Shown piece after piece: positions 52,150 through 62,314 of a DNA stretch of 64,000 nt. The stretch covers positions 3,273,781-3,337,780 of the forward strand of contig NC_068999.1 in assembly GCF_001194135.2 (NCBI RefSeq). Direction: 5' to 3'. The notes under the pieces were generated by a model. That model did no database searches, was not told the DNA's origin, and saw only the letters and a list, made by a program, of their open reading frames with translations. This DNA is from Octopus bimaculoides (Eukaryota). Numbering within the stretch: the stretch's first letter is position 1; every line of letters starts with the position of its first letter. Made by a program: the position numbers and the translations under genes.

Positions 52150-52754
52150 GTGAGTATTTCATTTATCCTTTTTATATTTTGTTTTCTCTGCTCTTCTTTG
52201 AAATGTTGTCAAAGTCCTTGATCTAAATTTTGTGAATATTCCACAAGATTCTCTTGGGTTGACAGATAAATTTGTTCATTTCTTTTCTACTTTGGCACTC
52301 CATCATCATATATGTGCAAAGAAGTAAAATTTATTCAAATTTCAAAACTGGTAAACAAAAGTTGTAGGAAGAATGGTGCTACAAAAGAATTCCCATAAAA
52401 CAGTTACTATACAAATATTATTCCTATTAATTGAAATAACATTGGAAAGGAGTAAATTAAATTGGGAAGAAAAAAATGAACAAATTTATCTAACAGTCCA
52501 ATATATTATCCCTTGATGTGACCTGAATAGTAATAATAATAACATCGAAAAATACCTTAGGAATGAGAACCCAGGTTCAAAATTTCCCCTAGACACTTGA
52601 TGAAGGCTGGAGGGTATATCAGCCGAAACGTGTTAACAACAAATAAGATGAGGACAAATATCCATCAAATTTAAATAATGTACATAATTCCTCATCTCTT
52701 AAATATAGAACTGTATTAACTGATAGAATATTTAATGCAAATCTTTATTTCCAG

Positions 52755-52927
52755 CCACCTCGCCCCCGGCAAAAGTCTCGTACCATTTGTTCATCAGCTC
52801 CAAAGAATGCATCGAAAGAAGCTACTACGTTACTTGTACGAGAATGTCTCAAGACTTACACTAGTGATTGTCACATCATTACTTATAACTATAATGCATA
52901 TTCTGGCAGTTATCAACAGTTACCAAA
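52755..52927 (+). CDS. DOCK9: DOCK-D exon: PPRPRQKSRTICSSAPKNASKEATTLLVRECLKTYTSDCHIITYNYNAYSGSYQQLP(N)
   Basis: Acceptor tttatttccag|CCA, donor AA|gtaagt, 173 nt, phase 0-2. Matches DOCK9 RQGRYICSTVP..A.SLFV.ECIKTY.SDWH.VNYKYEDYSG.FRQLPN. Confidence 0.95.
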
Positions 52928-53164
52928 GTAAGTAATACTACTTCTGAATGGTATCACACACGCACGCACACATGCATGCACATACACACATGCACGAGCC
53001 ATGCTCTGCAGCAGAAGTGTTGAGATCAGTCCCCTTGGTGGTGAGGATTGACCTGTTATAGTCCTGTGCTGGTGCCACACAAAAAGCACTTGTGGTGGTG
53101 CCGCGGAAAAGCACCCGTGCAGGGCAGCATAGAATGCCGGCATGGCACCATGTAAAAGCATCTG

Positions 53165-53408
53165 GCAAGTGGCTGAGTACTCCACAGACATTTGTAACTC
53201 TTAGCATAGTTCACAGGGAGATTCAGCGTGACACAGAATGTGACAAGGCTGACCCCTTTGAATTACGAGTACGACTCTTTCTTCTCAGCTGAGTGAATTG
53301 GAGCATCATAAAGTGTCTTGCTCAAGGAAAACAAGGTGCCATCAGCAATTGAACTCACGACCTTATGATCAGGAGCAGAATGCCCTAACGACCAAGCCAC
53401 GGGCCTCC
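53165..53408 (-). mobile_element. Second SINE family copy in a DOCK intron
   Basis: GCAAGTGGCTGAGTACTCCACAGACA..GTGTCTTGCTCAAGGA..GAACTCACGACC, homologous to 27203-27531. Confidence 0.8.
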
Positions 53409-53904
53409 GCTTTTAGCACCATGCATTTCTATGAGAGAACCTATCAAGACAAATGTTTGGTTCTCTGGTCACACGTCCATGTTTTGTATGAAGATTACCT
53501 TTTGTCATTAATGCAGCTTCCGTTGCTAAGGATTGAAATTGATGTGTGTTGAGTGATGAGTAAATCACTGAGGAAAAGAATCTAAATTAATGAAATCGTA
53601 ATTTATCAGTGAGGGTTGTGTAGAGTGGAGGAGTGACTGTCGAGGGGGGAGGGTTATTGAGTTATTGGAAGGAGTGGCTCTTGGGTGATGGATTTGGGGC
53701 TGTTGGGGGATGGGCTTGGGGTTATTGGGTGATGGGGGTATGGCTATTGGGTGATAGGAGTATGGCTATTGAGTGATGGGGGGGGGGCTATTGGTCAGTG
53801 ACAGGTGTGTGTGGTTATTGGTCAGTGGGTGGTGGGTGTGACTATTTTATCTGGATGGTTTAAAGCTTTAGATATATATTTTGACACATGAAATGTTGAT
53901 AGAC

Positions 53905-54222
53905 ACCATCATCATCATCATCATCATAACCACTATCTTTATCTCTATGATCATTGTCTTCACCTCACCACATCATCATCATCATCATCATCATAAACAT
54001 CATTATCACCACCACTATAATCAGCCTCGTTATCTCTCCTGCCATCATTAATCATCGTTACCTTCACTACCACAACAACCATCATTATTATCATATTTGC
54101 AACTATGACCATCATCACCATCATAACCACAGCCATCATCATCATCACCATCACCCTATCATCATCATCATCATCACCCCATCATCATCATCACCCCATC
54201 ATCATCATCATCATCATCAACA
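53905..54222 (+). repeat. Extended imperfect (CAT/CAC)n trinucleotide tract
   Basis: Produces the spurious His/Ile-rich ORF 53954-54268; it lies inside the 52928-54387 intron. Confidence 0.85.
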
Positions 54223-54387
54223 TGGTGTATGCATTGTTATAGGTTTCATCATTGCATTGGATTTGTAGATAAAGGTATTTGCTTATAAAAGCCCACATGC
54301 TGTTTAAAGTAGCCATTTGTCAGTGCTCCAGCATGGACACAACCATGTTGTAATTAGTACTTATCTGTTTTGTCTCTTCATTTCCAG

Positions 54388-54457
54388 CAAAAAGAAACTG
54401 GAGAGTTTACCTGAACAAGTTTTTGAAATTGATGTTGACACAGATGACAAAGATGAG
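54388..54457 (+). CDS. DOCK9: DOCK-D exon: (N)KKKLESLPEQVFEIDVDTDDKDE
   Basis: Acceptor cttcatttccag|C, donor GAG|gtaaac, 70 nt, phase 2-0. Matches DOCK9 KLDKLPVHVYEVDEEVDKDE. Confidence 0.93.
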
Positions 54458-54984
54458 GTAAACATACTCCATCCGTTTGTGTGTGAGCATGTGCGTGTGT
54501 GTGTGTGTTTATTTAATTGATTCATTGATTCAGTTTTAACCGCATTTGTTCTCATTAATGGGCAGAAATTATTCTGTAGTCAAGGAAAAATAATTTGGTG
54601 TGCATGCGTGTGTGTATGTGCATATTTGCATGGTGTGTGTGCACATGAGTTCTATGCATGCATATGTGTGTGTGTGTGTGTGTGTGATGTTTTCAGTGTA
54701 GAATAAACTACTGTACTTATGTGTGGTGAGATGGTTGTGTGTGTGTGTGTTGTGCTTTAATGTTGTGTGTATGTGTTTATTTGATGTCTTTAATATGGAA
54801 GAGCCTGCTGTTGTGTAAAGTAGATGGACCTTAATACCAGTTTCTGCAACCCTTATTCCAGTTGTTTTGCCTCAACAGGACCTCTTCTTTGCTCAATGAC
54901 ATGACTTGTCAAAGTCACTGACTATTTTGCACACACACACACTTTTAACATAATATTCAAGTAAAGTCAGTTTGTTAATTCATA

Positions 54985-55023
<39 letters not shown>

Positions 55024-55227
55024 AAAAATGTCCGGTCTCCATGTTGGTATGGGTTGGATGGTTTGACATGGAGCTGGCTAGCAGGGAGTTGTCTGGACTC
55101 CAACTGGCCATTGTGGCATGGTTTCAGTGACTGGATGCCCTTCCAAATGCCAACCACTTAACACAGTGGTTGCTGTTATATAGATGTATGCACCTATTTT
55201 ATTTGAGTATTACTGATTTAAGGTAAC

Positions 55228-55410
55228 AATGCTGGCAGAATCATTAGCATACCAGACAAAATACTTACTGGCATTTCATCTGTCCTTACGTTCTGAGTTC
55301 AAATTCCAGCCAGGTTAATTTTGCCTTTCAACCTTTCAGGTTTGATAAAATAAGTACCAGTTGATTGCTGGGGTCAAAATTGCTGGCCTTGTGCCAAAAT
55401 TTGAAATCAA
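55228..55410 (+). mobile_element. Third SINE family copy in a DOCK intron
   Basis: TGGCAGAATCATTAGCA..TTCTGAGTTCAAATTCC..GATAAAATAAGTACCAG..AATTGCTGGCCTTGTGCCAAAATTTGAAA. Confidence 0.8.
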
Positions 55411-55606
55411 TGTTAGCTACCTATGTTAATTAGTTAATGAGCATTAATTGTAAGTTTTACCATTATTTATTCATTGTTCCTTCAATGATCACTTCTTTCA
55501 TGTCCTTATTAGTGACACCTTAAACTTATTGATGACAAGAGCACCCATAAATATCAATGATCACCAATCGATTTAATCGATGTAATCTATATCTTTCTTG
55601 TTTCAG

Positions 55607-55708
55607 GATTCCACCCTCAACCGGAACACTGTATGTTCCATCACAAAGGAAGGCTGGCTATTCAAGGGCCCTGAAGGGCAAAAGGATAACATAATAAGTT
55701 TCACTAGG
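55607..55708 (+). CDS. DOCK9: DOCK-D exon, start of PH domain: DSTLNRNTVCSITKEGWLFKGPEGQKDNIISFTR
   Basis: Acceptor tttcttgtttcag|GAT, donor AGG|gtatgc, 102 nt, phase 0-0. ITKEGWLFKG is the PH beta-1 motif. Confidence 0.95.
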
Positions 55709-55985
55709 GTATGCTGATTACTATTGATCTCTTAATGTATTGATCTGTTAGTATGTGATGTTTGTTATTATTGATCTGTTAATGTGAGATGTAATGGAGG
55801 ATGAAATGAAGGATCATTTATTTATGTTGTTTTATTGTTTTTGTTGTTAGTTGTGGAGGTATGTGAGGTTTGAAACCCCATCAGTGTGGTTAGTTTGTAT
55901 GATGTGAAGGACAATTGTTTACTTCATTATTACGACTGAGACACCCCCCCCCCCAAACTACAACTTAGAATTACTTCTGGAATTA

Positions 55986-56309
55986 ACTGGTACTCCGTCG
56001 GTCATAAGGATGAGTGTTCCAGTTGATCTGACCAATGGAATGGTCAACTTGTGAAATTAACATGCAAGTGGCTGAGTGGTCCACAGACACGTGTGCCCTT
56101 AATGTAGTTTTCTGGGAGATTTAGTGTGACACCGGATATGATAAGTCTGGCCCTTTGAAATACATGTACAACTTGTTTTTGCCAGCTGAGTGGACTGGAG
56201 CAAAGTGAAATAAAGAGTCTTGCTCAAGGACACAATGCACTGTCAGGTATTGAACTCACCACCTTACGATGTTGAACTAAACACCCTCACCACTAAGCCA
56301 TGGACCTTC
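55986..56309 (-). mobile_element. Second SINE family copy, full length, in a DOCK intron
   Basis: Colinear match to 27203-27531. Confidence 0.82.
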
Positions 56310-56675
56310 TGAAATGAAATATCTGGTTTAGGAGACAAATTCCTGACAGTTTGGAACAAATCATCTTTGCTGCTTTTATTTCTGATTTCAAATCCTGGAC
56401 AGGTTGTCTCTGTCTTTCACATTTTGATCCTGAGTCGACAAAATAAGTACCAGCTTTGTACCAAAGCAGCAACAGCACCAATAACAGTAGCAGCAGCAGT
56501 AGCTGCTCTGTTGTATCCCTGCCCTAAAGAAGATAATCAAGAGATATTTCCATTCCAATACATCGATCATTTCAGACAATTCTAGAGGATCTGCTTGGGT
56601 TTTTCTCTTCCATTCCTGCCATAAGTTGTTCTTTCTCCTCCTCTCTAATTATTTCTTGCTTATTCTTTGTTTCAG

Positions 56676-56807
56676 CAATTTAAGCGTCGGTATTTCTGCC
56701 TGAAACAACAAACAGACTTCACTTACATTTTGGAATTCTATAAAGCAGAGAAAAAGTCTGAAACGAAAGGTGCAATTTACCTGGAAACTGCATCTGATGT
56801 CATTAAG
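56676..56807 (+). CDS. DOCK9: DOCK-D exon, PH domain: QFKRRYFCLKQQTDFTYILEFYKAEKKSETKGAIYLETASDVIK
   Basis: Acceptor ttctttgtttcag|CAA, donor AAG|gtaaac, 132 nt, phase 0-0. FKRRYF.L..., FYK.EK...KG.I.L are PH motifs. Confidence 0.96.
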
Positions 56808-58212
56808 GTAAACTAACACCTTCGCTTAATTCTAATCAGTATAAAATTAATTTGTGTTAATTAGAATTGACAACATGCACACCCATTAATGTAGTTCTCG
56901 TTCAGCCACCTCATTCCTGGTTGGATCCCATTGTACAAATTTGTGACCAAAAGCATTCCACCTATGACCATCCTGCCTTTCTTCCCAGATATTATGTATC
57001 TCTATTATTCTATATAGTCTTTGATGTCATCATCGTTTTAAGATGCAAGAGCAGAGGCTGTTGTAGTAGTGGTAGAAATGAAAGGAGGAGGAGATATAGT
57101 CTGTGATCCAGAGGTTTATGCATTCATCAAGCAATTGGCTATTACGCAATGCTGCAACTGTTACAAAGACAAACATCTAATTGGTTCATTAAAGCAACGG
57201 CAATTTGTAAGGGTGTTAGCCATAGACACTTCATAGTATCAATCATGGAATGCAAACACAAAATGAGCACAGCTTGTTTGGGCAACACCCTATTGATTGG
57301 TTATTGATTAACCTCTTCTGACAATGAATAGAGGAGGTTTATTATTGATCAGACTCTCGATAAATATTTAGAGTTTTATCGACCAATCTACAGTGAACCA
57401 TGCTCTCACTCTGATCACTCTGCCCTCTCCTCTCATTGCCATGCTCTTTCTTCACTCACTCTCATAACCTGGTTTTCTTTTAGTCATCTCCCTCTTCCTT
57501 CTTCTCTCTCTCTCTCTTTCTTTCTCTCTCTCTCTCTCTTCACTTCCTCATTACATACTTTTTATTACATGAACTGAGTGAACATTACACAGAGGACTCT
57601 CTATTCCTGCTGATAACAAGGCAACCCCTCCAGTGTTGGTGCTATGAAAAAAATGCATCCAGTGCAGTCTGTGAAATGGTTGATGTTAAGAAAAGCATCC
57701 AACTATAGAAACCTAATCAAATAGGAATATATATATGTGGTGCTGCTATCCATCTTGGATTAGTTAACTCCAAAGAAGAATTAACTCGGACACAACCTTC
57801 TGTCTAACCCATACCAGCATGGAAAGTGGACGTGAAATGATGACGATGATGATTTTCTGATTTCTGTGAGCCTGTATAACAAGACACCTGTGCTTGTCCC
57901 CCCCTTCATACTTTAGCCTCTCAACACCTGTCCTAAAGCCACCTCCCCCTCTCGCAAACACCCTCCCCTTTCAGCCAAAAGAGCTTTCCCCCTTTTCTGT
58001 TTTTTGAATTCTTGCAACTTACTTGGTGACCTCACTAGTGCCAGCATCACAAAGAAAGCAGCCATTACACTCTGTAAAGTGGTTGGCATTTGGAAAGGCA
58101 TCCAGCCATAGAGATCATGGCAAAGCTGATTATTGGGGCCTGATGTAACTCTGCTGCTTGTTGCACCCTGTCAAACCATCCAACTCATACAAGCATGAAA
58201 AACAGACGTTAA

Positions 58213-58436
58213 CCCTTTCGTTACCGTATTTATTTTGAGATGCTCTGTCAGGTTTCTTTCAATTACTTTAAATATAACAAAGAATTTAGTAAAATAACTT
58301 TGTTATCATTAAGCTAATGTTAGGAACATGAATTATGACTAAAGGTTTGGTGGAAGATTTTAATTCAGAACTTATGAAAACAAGACATTTGTACTCAGAG
58401 TCAGAGCCGGTTTCAGCCGGGTTGGTAACGAAAGGG
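58213..58436. mobile_element. piggyBac-type MITE (224 bp), perfect 13-bp TIRs, TTAA target-site duplication
   Basis: TTAA(58209-12)|CCCTTTCGTTACC ... GGTAACGAAAGGG|TTAA(58437-40). It splits the GACGTTAAATGATGATG tail of an RTE-type element. Confidence 0.9.
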
Positions 58437-58440
58437 TTAA

Positions 58441-58472
<32 letters not shown>

Positions 58473-58504
58473 ATGCTAATTCTTCCTTCTCTGATCTGTT
58501 GCAG

Positions 58505-58676
58505 CATACCAAGAAAGGTAAATACTGTTTTGAACTGCAAATGCAGGACCGGCGTTCCTATTTATTGGCAGCTGAAAATGAAGCAGAGTTAGTCGACTGG
58601 ATGATGGCATTCAAGGCAGTCATTAACGCTAATGAAACCAGTTCCCAAGCCTCAACAGAACGTTCTGGTATTGATG
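58505..58676 (+). CDS. DOCK9: DOCK-D exon, end of PH domain: HTKKGKYCFELQMQDRRSYLLAAENEAELVDWMMAFKAVINANETSSQASTERSGID(E)
   Basis: Acceptor ctgatctgttgcag|CAT, donor G|gtaaat, 172 nt, phase 0-1. Contains the PH C-terminal helix with its invariant Trp (AAENEAELVDW). Confidence 0.96.
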
Positions 58677-58760
58677 GTAAATTTCTTGCTTTTGAAGTTT
58701 AGTGACTACAAATAGTTTTATTCTAACTTTAACTACTTCATTCGTTCCTTTTTTGTTTTT

Positions 58761-58861
58761 TCAAGAAGGTCGAGTGTAGTTTAGATATGTGGCTGCTATT
58801 TCTAGCGGGTTTCAAGAAGGTCGAGTGTAGTTTAGATATGTGGCTGCTATTTCTAGCAGGT
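58761..58861 (+). repeat. Near-perfect 51-bp tandem duplication
   Basis: TCAAGAAGGTCGAGTGTAGTTTAGATATGTGGCTGCTATTTCTAGC occurs at 58761 and again at 58812. Confidence 0.9.
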
Positions 58862-59417
58862 TTTTGCAACTGCATAAAGATGTCTTCATTGGCTCATTTA
58901 TAATGTGTGATTGTTACAGTTATGTATTCAGTGGGTGATGGTCGTGTGTGCATGGATTTGCTTAAATTGGAACTAAATCAGTGACTGGTGAGAAGCTGCC
59001 GAAAGAAAGAGCAGGTGGAATGAGGAGGGGAAGGTCCAGGTTGGATTGATCAGATGTTTATGTTGAGGAAGCATCTCCTCCATTAAAATGTCTTAATAGA
59101 CTTGAGAAAGACCTTTGACTATGTTACATGCAGGGAAAACCCTCAAGAACATCTTGAGCTCATACGGAACCCCTGATATGTCTCTTTAACTATTTTTCAC
59201 AACCAGACATTTTCTAAAAGATTTCCAGAAGGATTTGGTGTTTTGGCATGTGATGAGGATGTATTCTCTTTCTTATCCACTTCTCAGTTGCAATTGAATG
59301 GATCCTGTTTAAAAACCACATCAGATAAACCTAAGAACCAGTGAATATGTTTCTCTCATTTGAAACAACTTCAATTAAGGATTCACTCCTTAATAAATGT
59401 AGATCCTCTATTAAGGA

Positions 59418-59633
59418 TTTACCCTTCAGTGTTGAGATTACTCTGTCAAATGTCATACTCATTTATTCACATTGTTTTGAATTAATCATGTACTTGTATC
59501 TTGTAACTTTGGCATTTCAGTGGTGATTATTTAGTCTTGGAATAACATAGGGTAGGTGTGACAGTCTGGATATGGATGGTTTGAGCATAAAACTGGTGGA
59601 ATATCTGAACTGGTTTAAATACTAATGGTTTAA
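59418..59633. mobile_element. Degenerate piggyBac-type MITE (second family)
   Basis: Ends TTTACCCTTCAGTGTT and AAATACTAATGGTTTAA, resembling TTAACCCTT...AAGGGTTAA. The internal ATTTATTCACATTGTTTTGAATTAATCATG is shared with a copy at about 10543-10748. Confidence 0.6.
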
Positions 59634-59767
59634 ACTTAGTATCAAGTCTGTTTTGCTCACATTGACACAAGATGAATGTTGAGAAATATTTCACAGTTGT
59701 TGTTATTGATATTAATAAGCAAAGTTTAATTAAAATCTATTTACCATTTTCATTATTTTAATTCCAG

Positions 59768-59844
59768 AAGAATGTCCAACACCTACAAAGTCAGACAATC
59801 ACAGATTAGGTCTTGAAAACAGTATGCACCCTGAGCTTGTTAAG
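59768..59844 (+). CDS. DOCK9: DOCK-D exon: (E)ECPTPTKSDNHRLGLENSMHPELVK
   Basis: Acceptor ttttaattccag|AA, donor AAG|gtaaga, 77 nt, phase 1-0. LENSMHPELVK aligns with DOCK9 LDSYLPELAK. Confidence 0.92.
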
Positions 59845-60359
59845 GTAAGAACTAGTCTTTCAAATTTGTGTCTATTATCTAGTTAAGTGTACACAATGTA
59901 TTATTAACAATTTTTCACTGAAGACTGGGTCTTTTGTTTAGGCCACAATGCTGGCAGTAATCTATGTTGATGAAACCCTCTCAGGCTTCCCTTTCGCTGG
60001 ATTTTATTAGGGTCTTTAGTGCAAAAACAAAGTTTTGTCATTTTCTTGGTGTTATAATATGAATGATACATTGCAAGGGAGAGTGAGTGATGTGTGCCAC
60101 CTCAGCAAACCAGGACATTATGTCACTTAATCAGCTGGGAAGAGGCTGCTCTGAAAGGATATTAACCAGAATATGAACTTGGGGGAGGGTGGCAAAAGTT
60201 CCAGAAGCTGTCACCTCTGTTAGCAATAGGGGTTGTTTCTTTGAATAAAGGGGAGATAGTATGATATGATGCATGAGTAGAAAGTGTATCACTGCATGGT
60301 ATTGACACAGGAGAAACATGTAGTAAGTTTGAGGACCCCAGTTTCCAGTTAAGTTGAGA

Positions 60360-60645
60360 GATCAATTGGGTTTAAGGGGAATCAGCTGTGACGTGCAGGA
60401 GGAATTACTGTGCTGGCATAGACATGTTTTGATAAGAGTTGGACGAAGAAGTAGCAGGAAATCCAAGTGGAAGTAAACTGTGGAAAAGGAAGACCAAGTT
60501 AAAAAGGGATAGAAATGGTGGAAGCTGACCTCTGGCTGTTCCTCTCAAAGGAGATGATAGAAATTGTGAGATGCTGTGTTGGAGAGGAGTTGTCCAATCT
60601 GTGGAGCATGGGAAACCAGATGTAAAACTGATGATGATGAGGAGG
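60360..60645 (+). mobile_element. Degenerate RTE-type LINE C-terminus and tail
   Basis: Translates as LGLRGISCDVQEELLCWHRHVL, resembling the RTE C-terminal ...R.LRW.GHV.R motif, followed by a CCAATC..AGCATGGGAAACCAGATGTAAAACTGATGATGATG tail. Confidence 0.55.
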
Positions 60646-60648
60646 AGG

Positions 60649-60708
<60 letters not shown>

Positions 60709-60824
60709 NNNNNNNNNNNNNNNNNNNNNNNNNNNNNNNNNNNNNNNNNNNNNNNNNNNNNNNNNNNNNNNNNNNNNNNNNNNNNNNNNNNNNNNNNNNN
60801 NNNNNNNNNNNNNNNNNNNNNNNN

Positions 60825-60873
<49 letters not shown>

Positions 60874-61013
60874 GTGTGGGTGTGTGTGTGTATAGGTATG
60901 TATGTGTGGGTGTGTGTGTGTATAGGTATGTATGTATGGATAAATGGTATAGTATTGTATGTATATATATGACATTGTTATTTCACTCTGGTTGTTGTCT
61001 CTTGTGTTTGCAG

Positions 61014-61097
61014 TATTCCAGAGAAACTGATACATCACTGGCAAAAGCCCGGCAGGAAGAAAGACACAATCTATTTGCTTTATATCCAGACATGCAA
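61014..61097 (+). CDS. DOCK9: DOCK-D exon: YSRETDTSLAKARQEERHNLFALYPDMQ
   Basis: Acceptor cttgtgtttgcag|TAT, donor CAA|gtaagt, 84 nt, phase 0-0. Aligns with DOCK9 SAREAEIKLKSESRVKLFYLDPDAQ. Confidence 0.93.
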
Positions 61098-61110
61098 GTA
61101 AGTCTGTTTC

Positions 61111-61260
61111 AAATTTTGGCGCAAGGCCAGCAATTTTGAGGGGAGGGTTTAAGTCAATTCCATTCACCTGCAAGGCTTGATTGGTATTTTATTTTATTGG
61201 CTGCAAAAGAATAAAAGGCAAAGGTAACCTTGGCTGGATTTGAACTCAGAATATAAAGAA
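61111..61260 (-). mobile_element. Third SINE family copy (reverse), left arm of an inverted pair
   Basis: AAATTTTGGCGCAAGGCCAGCAATTTTGAG..GGATTTGAACTCAGAAT. Confidence 0.75.
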
Positions 61261-61296
61261 CTGGAAAAAAATGTTTTGTAGTATTTGGTCCATTCC

Positions 61297-61430
61297 ATTC
61301 TGAGTTCAAATCCTGCTGCGGTCAACTTTACCTTTCATTCTTTTGAGGTTTATAACAAGTACCAATCAATTCTTGGGGTTGATGTAATTAATGAACCTTA
61401 TCCTGTCAGAATTACTGGTCTTATACCAAT
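61297..61430 (+). mobile_element. Third SINE family copy (forward), right arm of the inverted pair
   Basis: ATTCTGAGTTCAAATCC..CCTTTCATTCTTTTG..AAGTACCAATCAA..GAATTACTGGTCTT. Confidence 0.72.
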
Positions 61431-61519
61431 TATTATTGTTATTATTATTACAAAATTCTAAAGTAAATATGAATATAACAGTGTAATGACTTGATCATGA
61501 CATGGTTTTAGTTTCAACA

Positions 61520-61640
61520 TGTGATCCTAGATCAATCCAACATGATCTCGGGTCAGCTCAGTATGATCCCAGATCAACCAACGTGTTCCCAGATCAACTC
61601 AGCATGATCTCAGACCAGCCCAACCTGATCCTAAATCTTG
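61520..61640 (+). repeat. About 20-bp tandem repeat (ATGATCCCAGATCAACTCAGC), about 6 degenerate copies
   Basis: Visible periodic TGATC..AGATCA motif. Confidence 0.7.
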
Positions 61641-62301
61641 TAGAAGTTATTTCACCTCTCTGTTTGGGACATGACTGTCTCCATCTCTTTGTTTTCTAAC
61701 AATTTGTACTTTTCTTGTACTTTTCTTGAGGTCATCTTGTAAAGTAAAAGTTTAATGTTTTAGCAAGACATTCCAGCTGGCATAGTTACAAGTCTGACAT
61801 AAAGAAATAATTCTCTCCCCTCTCCTCCCATGCCCACCCCCAAATAACCTCCAATTATCTAGCCACCACTCCACTTCTGTAATTGATAACAATCGAACCA
61901 GCTGCCAAATACATCAAATTATATTTTGGTCTCAGACGTTATTACCTGTCTTTCATATTCTTTACCGACATCATTTTCTGTCTCTTTCCTCCCTCCCCCC
62001 CTCTCTCTCTCTCTCTCTTTCTTTCAGTCTAACTTTTCATTCAGTTCTCCATTTATTGTATTTATTGATTAATGATTCTTTATAATCTCACATAGATTTT
62101 AAATTATAAACTTCCAGTTGTTAAAAGTACTTTAGCTCTGATTGTTGCTCTGTCTGTCTAGTTAAAAACTAACACTTCTTTCCTCCAAGCTTAGATTCGA
62201 AACTGAATCTAAGGATTCTCGCTTGTCCGAACCAGCACAACCCACAGGCGCGTAAAAAGATTTTCTTTGTCCTGTCAAAAAACTGATAAATCATCTCCCT
62301 T

Positions 62302-62314
62302 TGACCTATGACCT
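62302..62314 (-). promoter_or_regulatory. Perfect DR1 nuclear-receptor response element (AGGTCA-T-AGGTCA)
   Basis: + strand reads TGACCTATGACCT, with both half-sites matching the consensus exactly. It sits in a non-repetitive, relatively CpG-rich intronic patch. Confidence 0.4.

Larger units (their letters stand above)
52027..61097 (+). other. DOCK9: Partial multi-exon gene model: DOCK-D family (DOCK9/10/11, zizimin-like) Rho-family GEF, 8 internal coding exons (933 nt, 311 aa): N-terminal DOCK-C/D region + PH domain
   Basis: Exons 52027-52149, 52755-52927, 54388-54457, 55607-55708, 56676-56807, 58505-58676, 59768-59844 and 61014-61097 all have AG acceptors and GT donors. Phases are 0,2,0,0,0,1,0,0 and join into one open frame. 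The translation parallels human DOCK9 as I recall it (EPLDYE..ND.LRE.L.FP.DD; YSG..RQLPN; ITKHGWL.KG; FKRR.F.L; FEL.MQD..SYLLAA). I cannot separate DOCK9 from DOCK10/11 paralogy; invertebrates usually have one DOCK-D gene. Confidence 0.95.

Noticed and set aside
53954-54268. His-rich ORF
   Set aside because: Translation of an intronic (CAT/CAC)n tract between two confirmed DOCK exons.
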